Shown: piece by piece, positions 1 to 8,216 of the stretch
How positions within the stretch are numbered: position 1 is the first letter of the stretch
How the letters are laid out: each line of letters starts with the position of its first letter
Notes under the pieces: generated by a model
The model's database searches: none
What the model was told of the DNA's origin: nothing
The model's input: only the letters and a program-made list of their open reading frames with translations
Assembly (NCBI GenBank): GCA_038128265.1
Contig: JAYPJE010000078.1
Coordinates: forward strand, 1-15,172
Direction of reading: 5' to 3'
Origin: Gemmatimonadota bacterium
GTDB lineage: Bacteria; Latescibacterota; UBA2968; UBA8231
DNA length: 15,172 nucleotides
Made by a program: the position numbers and the translations under genes

Positions 1-669
1 GGCTTTAACGCCATCAAGTGTTCCTGCGGCCGGGGCAGCCTGCAGGAACAGATGGACGTCGTGCGCCCGCTGGCCGAGGCGATCGGCCCGCGCGGGCGCC
101 TGCTGGTCGACGCACACGGCGCGTTTGATCTGGCCGATGCCTTGACCTTTGCTCGCTTCCTTCAAGACTTGGGCAACGTCGAGTGGTTCGAAGACCCGCT
201 GGTGCCCGAAGAGCGCGACGGCTACGCGCGATTGACGGAGGCGACGCCGGGCCTGCGCATTGCGATGGGCGAGACCGAGTGCAACCGCTACGGCGTGCGC
301 GACCGCCTGCTGAGCCGACAGTGCGACGTGCTGCTGCCCGACGTCTGCCGAGCCGGCGGCATCAGCGAGACCTGGCGCATCGCCCAACTGGCCGACGCAT
401 TTGGCATCGGCTGGGCGTCGCACGTGAGCATCTCGACACCGCTGCACCTGGCCGCCGGCCTGCACGTCGGCGCAGCTACGGCCAACTTTCTCGTCTCCGA
501 ATACCCGTCCCACTTCGGTGAAAGCCCGCTGGGCCAAGCGCTATGTCGGCGCGCACCTGCGCCGCACAACGGTTCCATCGACGTCGGCGACGATCCCGGC
601 CTAGGCGTCGAGCTAGACGACGAGCACGTCGCCGAGCTAACGTTGGCACAGCAAACCGTGAGCGTTTAG
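1..669 (+). CDS. Mandelate racemase/muconate-lactonizing enzyme (enolase superfamily) protein, 5'-truncated by the window edge
   Basis: Frame 1 is open from base 1 (GFNAIKCSCGRGSLQEQMDVV...). Metal-ligand motifs LLVDAH, WFEDP and MGETE are present, as are the MR-subgroup His/Asp pair (LPDV...ASH) and the C-terminal PGLGVELD. Stop TAG at 667-669. Confidence 0.9.
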   Translation, partial: GFNAIKCSCGRGSLQEQMDVVRPLAEAIGPRGRLLVDAHGAFDLADALTFARFLQDLGNVEWFEDPLVPEERDGYARLTEATPGLRIAMGETECNRYGVRDRLLSRQCDVLLPDVCRAGGISETWRIAQLADAFGIGWASHVSISTPLHLAAGLHVGAATANFLVSEYPSHFGESPLGQALCRRAPAPHNGSIDVGDDPGLGVELDDEHVAELTLAQQTVSV

Positions 670-732
670 TTTGTAGCGAAATTTCTGAGCATACGCGCAG
701 CAGCGCGCAGCATTTACCCGTGGAGCACGACG

Positions 733-1584
733 ATGAACGACAGCGCCTTTTCTCTCAGCGAACAGCAGATCCGCTTTTTTGAAACCTTTGGCTATCTCGG
801 CTTTCCCGGTCTAATGGCCGACCGCATCGACGAGATCACCGAGGCCTTTGAGGCTATTTGGACTGAGCGCGGCGGTGGCCACAACGGCCAGCCCCACGCG
901 GGCGAGGCACGCTCTTGCATTGTGCCCTTTATCGACCAGAGCGCTGCGCTCTCTTCACTCATAGACGACCCGCGCATCCACACGCTGGCCACGACGCTGC
1001 TCGGCGACGACTTTAATTATATGGGCAGCGACGGCAACTACTACGTCGGCGATACGGGCTGGCATTCCGACGGCTGGCACCCCAAGGGCAAGCCGCAGCA
1101 TCTCAAGATCGCGTTTTACTTGGATCCGCTGACGCGCGACAGCGGTGCGCTGCGCGTGATTCCGGGCAGCCACCGCGACGGCGATGCCTATGCGGCCTCC
1201 CTGCAGGAGCAAATCCGCCACAGCCCCGACCAATGGGGCTTGGAGGGGCGCGACGTGCCGGCCGTCGCGCTAGAGACGCAGCCGGGCGATTTGGTTTGCT
1301 TTAACCACAACACCAAGCACGCCGCCTTTGGCGGCAGCGCGCGGCGGCGCATGTTCACCATCAACCTGTGCCAGCGCTACCCGGAGGAGAGCGTGCAGGA
1401 CCTGCGCGACTACATATCCGGCGCGGCGCGCTTTTGGATCGATCGCGCCTACGGGCCGCAGATGCTGGCCACGGCCGGGCCCGACCGCATGCCCCACCTC
1501 GAGCAGGTCATGGCCAACGACGGACACCTGGCCGAGCTATCGCGTCAGGCGCGCGAAAAGATGGCTGAGCCGTCGCGCGGCTAG
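733..1584 (+). CDS. Phytanoyl-CoA dioxygenase (PhyH) family Fe(II)/2-oxoglutarate oxygenase, canonical HxD type
   Basis: N-terminal FFETFGYL, WHSD (H111/D113), LRVIPGSH, PGDLVCF..KH (H196) and RRRM. SD GGAG lies 7 nt before the ATG. Confidence 0.9.
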   Translation: MNDSAFSLSEQQIRFFETFGYLGFPGLMADRIDEITEAFEAIWTERGGGHNGQPHAGEARSCIVPFIDQSAALSSLIDDPRIHTLATTLLGDDFNYMGSDGNYYVGDTGWHSDGWHPKGKPQHLKIAFYLDPLTRDSGALRVIPGSHRDGDAYAASLQEQIRHSPDQWGLEGRDVPAVALETQPGDLVCFNHNTKHAAFGGSARRRMFTINLCQRYPEESVQDLRDYISGAARFWIDRAYGPQMLATAGPDRMPHLEQVMANDGHLAELSRQAREKMAEPSRG

Positions 1585-1608
1585 TCCCCCAAAAAACGGT
1601 GACGTGAG

Positions 1609-2412
1609 ATGGAAGATATAGGCGTAGAGGAGCGCTTCCTATTTGATCTGCAGGGCTTTATTCTGCTGCGCGGCGTGCTCTCGCCGGCCGAGTGCAACGC
1701 GCTTAACGAGGTGCTGCAAGGGCTCGAAGCGCGCGAGCACGAAGACGCCTGGCAGCAGGCGCTGCCGCCCGGTGCGGTCGGCCGACCGACGCGCGAAACG
1801 CAGATCCCGCACCAGGTTCGCCTCAACGGGCTGCCAAACCTCGACCCGTCTTTTGACGGGCTCATCGGCCACCCAGAAGTGCTGCCCTACCTGCGGGCGT
1901 TTATGGGCGAACCGCAGCTGATCAATACCTGGTCGATCGCCAAGGATCAGGGCACGCCGTCGGGCGGCTGGCACCGCGGCGTGCCCACCACCGACTACAG
2001 CTATCGCGACGGCCACATCCGCACGCGCATGCTCAACACGGTCTACTTTCTCACCGACAACGGACCCGATGACGGCTCGGTCGTCGCCCTGCCCGGCTCG
2101 CATAAGAGCAGCTTTGACCTGCACTGGCGCGACTATCAGGGACTCGATATGCCCGGTTCGGTTGCCGCGACGGGCCAGGCCGGCGACGTGCTGCTCTTTT
2201 CCGAAGCGGTCATTCACGACGGCCTGCCCAAGACTTCGCCCGGCATCCGCCGCAACCTTTACTTCAACTACGTGCACGCCCACTACAACGTGGTGATGCG
2301 CGAACCGACCAACGCCTACCACTTTTACTTTCCGCCGGCGGTGCGCGCGCGCTTTGACGAAACGCAGCGGGAGCTAACGCGCTGGATGGAGTTCACGCGC
2401 TGGTACCGCTAA
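1609..2412 (+). CDS. PhyH-family Fe(II)/2-oxoglutarate enzyme with HxG in place of HxD
   Basis: FDLQGFILL, WHRG (H122/G124), LPGSHK, AGDVLLFSEAVIH (H203) and R214/R215. Starts 24 nt after the upstream PhyH gene, so probably co-transcribed. Confidence 0.88.
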   Translation: MEDIGVEERFLFDLQGFILLRGVLSPAECNALNEVLQGLEAREHEDAWQQALPPGAVGRPTRETQIPHQVRLNGLPNLDPSFDGLIGHPEVLPYLRAFMGEPQLINTWSIAKDQGTPSGGWHRGVPTTDYSYRDGHIRTRMLNTVYFLTDNGPDDGSVVALPGSHKSSFDLHWRDYQGLDMPGSVAATGQAGDVLLFSEAVIHDGLPKTSPGIRRNLYFNYVHAHYNVVMREPTNAYHFYFPPAVRARFDETQRELTRWMEFTRWYR

Positions 2413-2471
2413 ACGCCGGTCGTCTTCTGTGTGGATGGCACGCAGCAAAGTACGTATTCCACGGCACAACC

Positions 2472-3491
2472 TCACGCACCCAACACTTCCTTTAAGAGCG
2501 GATAGAATGCCTCGGCCTGGCGCATAAAGCCCAGGTCTGTCGGGTGCGAACCGTCGACGGTGTCCTCGCCGTCAGCGCCCAGCAGGTGGTCGCCGGCCAG
2601 ATAGTGCACGCCGGCTACGCCCTCTGCCAGCAGCGCATCGTAGGCCTGACGCAGCGCGGCGCGATTGGCGCGGTTCGACTCGGCCCGGCCCGCGCGCAAA
2701 AATGCGTCGGCGTAGGTGCGGTCTTCCACTAGCGCGATGGGCGTATCTGGCCGCGCGGCGCGCAGCAGGTGCACCAGTTCGGGGGCCCGTTCGGCCACCA
2801 GTCCGCCGTTCATATTGGGCAAGCAGTCAATCACGTATACGGCTGCGTCGATCTCGGCAATCCGCTCGACCACCACGCGCTCCATGCGCCCATTGCCGGA
2901 AAAGCCCAAGTTGACAACCGGCCAGTCGAGCCAGCGCCCCAATAGGGCCGTGTGGCAGGTGCCCGTGCGCGAAGAGCACCCCCCCTGCGTAATGGAGGTG
3001 CCGTAAAAGACGATGGGCTTGCGCGCGCTCGGCGTTGCCGCCTCTACCTTGGCACCGGGCGGGACGCCTACGGCCACCTCGCTCACGCCGTTGTAAAGGG
3101 GCAGGTAGAGCAGATACTCGCGCGTGCCCGGCGGCAGTTCGGCGCAGAGCTGGACTTCGTTGGTGGGAAACTGCGTTGGCCGCCCCACGGCCAGCCAGCG
3201 CCAGGTGCCGTCGATCCGAACGTAGAGATCCAACCCGCTGACGCCGGTGGCCGGCATGTGGTCCATTGCCAGATTGGCTTTGCGCAGCGTCCAGCGCGCG
3301 TGGATGGCCGTCGCATCGCTTATAAAACGCGCGCAGAAACCCGCGCTGTCGCGGCTCAAATTCCACACGGGGTCGGGCACACTGCCCTCAGCGCGAGCCG
3401 GCAGGCGGTCGTAAAAGTCAACCGTGTCTGCAAACGCCTTGCCTTCAATAGTCAGGTCGCGCAGATCGCGCCAGTCAATTGCATCGCTCAT
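2472..3491 (-). CDS. SGNH/GDSL hydrolase with N-terminal GxDLY domain
   Basis: GLDLY motif, then SGNH blocks FYGTSIT, LGFSG, CLPN and DGSHP. Start placed at ATG 3491 (GGGAG 10 nt upstream). ATG 3500 is an alternative but sits only 1 nt from that SD. Confidence 0.88.
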   Translation of the reverse strand: MSDAIDWRDLRDLTIEGKAFADTVDFYDRLPARAEGSVPDPVWNLSRDSAGFCARFISDATAIHARWTLRKANLAMDHMPATGVSGLDLYVRIDGTWRWLAVGRPTQFPTNEVQLCAELPPGTREYLLYLPLYNGVSEVAVGVPPGAKVEAATPSARKPIVFYGTSITQGGCSSRTGTCHTALLGRWLDWPVVNLGFSGNGRMERVVVERIAEIDAAVYVIDCLPNMNGGLVAERAPELVHLLRAARPDTPIALVEDRTYADAFLRAGRAESNRANRAALRQAYDALLAEGVAGVHYLAGDHLLGADGEDTVDGSHPTDLGFMRQAEAFYPLLKEVLGA

Positions 3492-3544
3492 ATCACACAT
3501 ACTCCCTATCGCTCTAAAGTGGACGCGCCCGTCCGGTGCACTGA

Positions 3545-4291
3545 CTAGCGCAGCAGCGTGCGCAGCAGCGTTTCTCGGCCGTTTAAAAAGCGGCGCATCA
3601 CCTGCACGTGCTCGGTGTTTTCGTAGCTCGTCTCTCGTATGCCGTCCTCGCCCAGAGAAAAGATTGTCGCATCGGGATAGGCCATGACAATGGGCGAGTG
3701 CGTGGCAATGAGAAACTGGCTACCGGCCTCGACCAATTGGTGCATGCGCGCCAGCATCGCCATCTGACGCGTCGGCGAGAGAGCGGCCTCCGGCTCGTCG
3801 AGAATAAAGAGCGAACGGCCGGAAAAGCGCTGCGTGAGCAGAGCCATAAACGATTCGCCGTGCGACTGCTCGTGCAGCGAGCGGCCGCCGTAGGCTTCGA
3901 TCACCTTGGGTTCGGGGGCCCACTCCTCGTCGAGCTGCTCTATGTGGGTGGCGACGTTGAAAAAACTCTCCGCGCGCAGGAAATAGCCATCTCTGGGCCG
4001 GCGTGCGCCCCGAGACAGGCGCAGGTATTCGCACAGGCGCGAATGCGAACGGCGCGTGTCAAAGTGAACGTTGCGCGAACCCCCTTCGGCATTGAATCCC
4101 CACGCCACGGCGACGGCTTCCATTAGGGTCGATTTGCCCGAGCCGTTTTCGCCAATGAAAAAGCTGACCTTGGAGTGCAGTTCTATGGAGTCCAGGTCGC
4201 GCACGGCGTCTAGGCAAAACGGATAGGTCCCAAAGTCGGGCACCTCGTCGCGCAGCAGCTCTATTCGGTGCAGGTAGTGGTCTGTCGACAT
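3545..4291 (-). CDS. Stand-alone ABC-type/AAA ATPase (predicted ATPase, COG3910-like)
   Basis: Walker A GENGSGKST, signature SHGE, Walker B FILDEPE and H-loop ATHS. No permease gene is adjacent. Confidence 0.9.
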   Translation of the reverse strand: MSTDHYLHRIELLRDEVPDFGTYPFCLDAVRDLDSIELHSKVSFFIGENGSGKSTLMEAVAVAWGFNAEGGSRNVHFDTRRSHSRLCEYLRLSRGARRPRDGYFLRAESFFNVATHIEQLDEEWAPEPKVIEAYGGRSLHEQSHGESFMALLTQRFSGRSLFILDEPEAALSPTRQMAMLARMHQLVEAGSQFLIATHSPIVMAYPDATIFSLGEDGIRETSYENTEHVQVMRRFLNGRETLLRTLLR

Positions 4292-4330
4292 CGTCTTTCT
4301 CGCAGGGCATCGGCACGGGACGGGCCCGGC

Positions 4331-5905
4331 TCAGCGAACGGGTAAGCCCGGCACGGACAGGCGCAGATCGGCGCCCAGCACTTGGGCACAGTTGTAGCCG
4401 GGCAGGCCGGTGATATTGCCGCCGGGATGGCAGCACGAGCCGCACAGGTAGAGTCCCTCGATGCAGGTGCGATAGTGACCGGCGCCGGCAAAGGGCCGGT
4501 TGTAGCCGACCTGCCCGTGGCCCAGCGAACCGACAAGCAGGTCGCCGTAGCGCATATTGGGCAGGGTGCGCTCGACGTCGAGCGGCGTGCGCACGATAGT
4601 CTCCAGCACGACGTCGGCCATATTCGGAGCATGCTCCGCCCACGTTTCCATCATTCGCCGCCCGTGCGCATCGGCGGCGGCATCCCAGTTGCGCGCATCG
4701 CCCTCCAGTGCATAGGGCAGCTTTTCCCACATAAAGGCCGCGTGCCGGCCGGCCGGCGCCTGCGACGGGTCAAAGAGCGTTGGGCAGGTTCCCCACATGG
4801 CCGCAGGCGGTATGCTACCTCGCTCGTGGTGGCGCACAATCGCGTCAAAATGGGCGACATCGCCCAAACCCATAATGACCATAAACCCATTTTTTACATG
4901 AGGATATTCTTTTTCTATCGAATATTTAGGACGCTCGCTAAGGTGAGCATACACGCCAAAGAGCGGCGCCAGCACATTGTAGCGAAACTGCTCGGCACGC
5001 GAGCGCCAGTCAGCCGCAACGCGCTCTTTGTCCAGCAGGTCGAGAAAGGTCTGCTGTGGATTGAGCCCCGAGGCGACAAAGTGGCGGGCGCCGAGTACTT
5101 GGCCGTGCTCCGTCTCCACGCCGACGGCACGATCGCTCTCTACGACAATGCGTCTGGGTGCCGTGCTCGCAAGCACGCGGCCGCCGTACTCCTCTATGGC
5201 GTGCACCAGCGCTCGGGCCAGATTGGCCGACCCCCCCACGCACATCTGCGCCTTGCCATCGCTGGCCAATAGCGCCGGTATGTGGTGGCCAAACCCCGGC
5301 GCGCGCAGATCGACTTCGCGCAGTCCGTTAAAAAAGAGCAGCCCGGCCTGAACGAGCGGATGCCTGAATTCGCGCCGCACAAATTCGCGCGGCGAGCAGG
5401 CACTCGTTTCCAGCAGCAGGCGTCCCTCGGCGCTTCCGGCCAAGGCGCGCAGGCGCTCTTCGGGCGGGCGCGGCGGGGCTTGGGCTTCAGGAATCAAAAT
5501 ACGCTGCACAATGGGTCGGAAGGCGTCGCGCCAATAGCGCAGGCGATCGGCGTCGCGGCGATCAACGCGCGCAAAGGACTCGACGGTCTTTTCGAAATCG
5601 GTCCACCACTCCAGCGCACAGCCGTCGCGCGTCAGCAATACCACATTGAGTTCGGGTTCGACATAGCGCGCACCGCGCCGCGCCAGCTCCAGGTCTTCGT
5701 ACCAGGGGGCGTGCGTCAATGCGCGGTGATAAAAGGAATGCGTGTTGTGCAGGAAACCGCGGTGATCTTCTGTGCGCAGACCGCCGCCGACGGTTTGGGA
5801 CTGCTCTAGGCACACTACGTCCAGTCCAGCTCGGCATAAATAGGCTTGCAGAACGAGGCTGTTGTGCCCGGATCCCAGGATGATGCCGTCGTGCGTGGTA
5901 TCCAC
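4331..5905 (-). CDS. Phytoene dehydrogenase-like NAD(P)/FAD-dependent oxidoreductase
   Basis: N-terminal dinucleotide-binding IILGSGHNSL...LE...VGGG, central GG..LARAL....GG, and C-terminal GLYLCGSCCHPGGNITG. GTG start, 524 aa. Confidence 0.88.
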   Translation of the reverse strand: MDTTHDGIILGSGHNSLVLQAYLCRAGLDVVCLEQSQTVGGGLRTEDHRGFLHNTHSFYHRALTHAPWYEDLELARRGARYVEPELNVVLLTRDGCALEWWTDFEKTVESFARVDRRDADRLRYWRDAFRPIVQRILIPEAQAPPRPPEERLRALAGSAEGRLLLETSACSPREFVRREFRHPLVQAGLLFFNGLREVDLRAPGFGHHIPALLASDGKAQMCVGGSANLARALVHAIEEYGGRVLASTAPRRIVVESDRAVGVETEHGQVLGARHFVASGLNPQQTFLDLLDKERVAADWRSRAEQFRYNVLAPLFGVYAHLSERPKYSIEKEYPHVKNGFMVIMGLGDVAHFDAIVRHHERGSIPPAAMWGTCPTLFDPSQAPAGRHAAFMWEKLPYALEGDARNWDAAADAHGRRMMETWAEHAPNMADVVLETIVRTPLDVERTLPNMRYGDLLVGSLGHGQVGYNRPFAGAGHYRTCIEGLYLCGSCCHPGGNITGLPGYNCAQVLGADLRLSVPGLPVR

Positions 5906-5925
5906 CGGCGCGCTTTACCCGGCGA

Positions 5926-6975
5926 TTAGCTCGGTGAGCGCAGACCGGTAACGGACAAGATCCATTCGGCGTGCGTCGCAACGCGGATAAAAATGCTTAT
6001 ATCGCCGTAGCTGCTGTCGCGATGATCTTCAATGGGGTCGCTAGCGCCGGCGGACAGAACGCCAGCGAGGGTCCAGACGCCGTTTATCTGCACAAAGAGC
6101 GGCCCACCGCTATCGCCCTCTACCGTCGCGCCTTCAAAGGGCAGCGCCTGTGCGCTGCTGCTACCCGGACCAAGCAGCGCCTCATCTTCGTTTACCAATC
6201 CATCGCCCAGGCTATTGACTGTTCCGTCGGGCGCGTCAAAATCAAAGGCGAGCAGGCCGCCCAAGTACTCCACGCCGCCGCTGCGCGAGGGAATGCCGTC
6301 TACCTTGCGATCCAGCACATTGTGTAGGGCATGCCGCTTCGACAGCGCGTCGGGGTTCTGTCCTTCCCGCTCCGAGTAATCGCCAAAGCCGCAAAACCAA
6401 GCGACGCTGCCAATGGGTTCGTCGAGCGAGGTATTAATCGCAGCCGGCTCCACCGAATGGATGGGTTCGACCAAGCGCACCAAGCACAGGTCGTTGGCCG
6501 AATACATGAGTTCGTCCTGCTCTACCCAAGAGGGATAAAAGACGAGCTCCGCTACGGCGTGCACGCTGAGCGGCTGGTTGGGATCGGAGCCCAATAGCAC
6601 CGTTATACCGGTCGGCGGTGTCGGGCTTTCCTGTTCTTCCGAAGAGAAAAAGTTGTGCCCGGCTGTCAGAATCCAGTGGGGGCTTATCAGCGTACCGGTC
6701 GCCACGTACTCACCCGTATCTTCCCCTTCATTCCCATAGCTGAAGGCCACGACGGGGGCAAAGTCTGGATACTCGGCCGTATTATACGGCGCGCTGTTGC
6801 GCGCTATTGCTTCGTACTCGGCCAGCGTGCGGTCATGGCGAATGCCAAAGGTATATTCGGCGACCGCTTCGCCATCTTCTAGCGTTTCATCTTCGTCCCA
6901 AGCAACGGGATTTTCACTGTCCGAACCACAGGCTGTGAGCAGAACGGAGAGAAGGAATAGTTTAAGCCATGCCAT
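5926..6975 (-). CDS. S1 (trypsin-fold) serine protease, predicted lipoprotein
   Basis: Catalytic triad motifs LTAGH, NDLCLV and GDSGGP. From ATG 6975 the N-terminus MAWLKLFLLSVLLTAC is a signal peptide with a lipobox (LTA-C), followed by an acidic tether. Confidence 0.88.
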   Translation of the reverse strand: MAWLKLFLLSVLLTACGSDSENPVAWDEDETLEDGEAVAEYTFGIRHDRTLAEYEAIARNSAPYNTAEYPDFAPVVAFSYGNEGEDTGEYVATGTLISPHWILTAGHNFFSSEEQESPTPPTGITVLLGSDPNQPLSVHAVAELVFYPSWVEQDELMYSANDLCLVRLVEPIHSVEPAAINTSLDEPIGSVAWFCGFGDYSEREGQNPDALSKRHALHNVLDRKVDGIPSRSGGVEYLGGLLAFDFDAPDGTVNSLGDGLVNEDEALLGPGSSSAQALPFEGATVEGDSGGPLFVQINGVWTLAGVLSAGASDPIEDHRDSSYGDISIFIRVATHAEWILSVTGLRSPS

Positions 6976-7090
6976 GATGTGCTCGCTTTGTTGCCATTTG
7001 GACAAGTATACCGAATCACCCACATTCTAACCACACCGCCCGGAGCCATCACAAGCTACGTGCCCGATCTCTACGCAGAGGAGCGTCCAA

Positions 7091-8200
7091 GTGCAGGGAA
7101 GACAGCAGAGTCCCCACATTCAGTATGTACCCATCGCCACGGCCACCGCGGAACATCCGCGCAACGACTCGGCGTCTATAGTAGAACTGGCAAATAGGGA
7201 ACTTTTTATGGTGTGGATCGAGATGCACGCCAGCCCACTTGGAGGCAACGACGAGGCGCCGTCGAGCATTGCTTCTATGCGCTCCACAGACGGCGGTCTC
7301 ACCTGGGGTGAGTACCGCGTTGAGGTCGCTCCCGGCGAGGGCGACCTCAGCATTTACAACCCGAGCTTGATCCTATTGCCCAACGGCGATCTCCTATTCT
7401 TCTACCTCACGTACCACCACCTAGTGTGGAATGAGCCACTGCAGGCATCCGGGCGGACGAAGCGCTCGGCAGACGGTGGCCGAACGTGGTCTGAGTCGAC
7501 GGTGCTGTGGGACCACGAGCCCTACGGCTGCGCCAACCACACCTTCACCCTGCTATCGGATGGGCGGCTGCTCAAAAGCTGCGAGTTTTTGCCCGTCTGG
7601 GGAAGCTACCCGGCGTGCACCTCGAGTTCGGGATGCTTTATCAGCGACGACAACGGACACACGTGGACGCCCCCGACTGGACCGGGTCAACTCGTTACGC
7701 TTCCCCTGCGCGGAACGATGGAAAACCATATCGCCGAAACGCCTTCTGGCGAATTGGTCATGGCCATGCGCAACCAGCTAGGCTGCGTATTCTTCGCCCG
7801 CTCAACGGACCGCGGACAGAGCTGGTCACATCCTCAGGCCAGCGGGCTGAGCGCCAGCGAATCCATGCCGAGTTTGACGCGTATTCCTACGACGGGAGAT
7901 TTACTGCTGGTTTGGAACAACGCCGCCTATGACCACACCTACGACCACAGCGGCAAACGCACGCCGCTAACTGTGGCCATCTCGCGCGACGAGGGACGGA
8001 GCTGGGGACACGTGAAAGACATCGAGGACGATCCATACACCGAGTTTAGCAACATTGCCTGCACCCACCTGTCCGACAGGCGTCTCATCATTTCCTACTT
8101 TACGTCGAAAATGGCCGACCCCAACCCTCCGGGGAAGCTGGGCCGGGAGCGCATGTCTTTGAAGGGTGCCATTTCTACGCTAGACTGGCTCTACGCCTAA
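7091..8200 (+). CDS. BNR/Asp-box beta-propeller protein (sialidase-fold, GH33-like)
   Basis: Five SxDxGxxW Asp-boxes at 7283-7306, 7466-7489, 7643-7666, 7802-7825 and 7982-8005. GTG start with GAGGAG 7 nt upstream. No signal peptide evident. Confidence 0.85.
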   Translation: MQGRQQSPHIQYVPIATATAEHPRNDSASIVELANRELFMVWIEMHASPLGGNDEAPSSIASMRSTDGGLTWGEYRVEVAPGEGDLSIYNPSLILLPNGDLLFFYLTYHHLVWNEPLQASGRTKRSADGGRTWSESTVLWDHEPYGCANHTFTLLSDGRLLKSCEFLPVWGSYPACTSSSGCFISDDNGHTWTPPTGPGQLVTLPLRGTMENHIAETPSGELVMAMRNQLGCVFFARSTDRGQSWSHPQASGLSASESMPSLTRIPTTGDLLLVWNNAAYDHTYDHSGKRTPLTVAISRDEGRSWGHVKDIEDDPYTEFSNIACTHLSDRRLIISYFTSKMADPNPPGKLGRERMSLKGAISTLDWLYA

Positions 8201-8216
8201 ACCCGGTCTGCCCAGA

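Noticed and set aside
3545..4291. Anti-phage defence ATPase (Gabija/PARIS/Septu-type)
   Set aside because: It is a short 248-aa single domain with no TOPRIM, HNH or helicase partner nearby, and its neighbours are metabolic genes.
4382..5809. Long antisense ORFs (4382-5272, 5282-5809; similarly 1639-2322 and 9216-9815)
   Set aside because: These are shadow frames of well-supported genes, expected in GC-rich DNA, and they carry no recognisable motifs.
6976..7023. 16-aa N-terminal extension of the protease in the ORF track
   Set aside because: It would bury the lipoprotein signal peptide that begins at ATG 6975.
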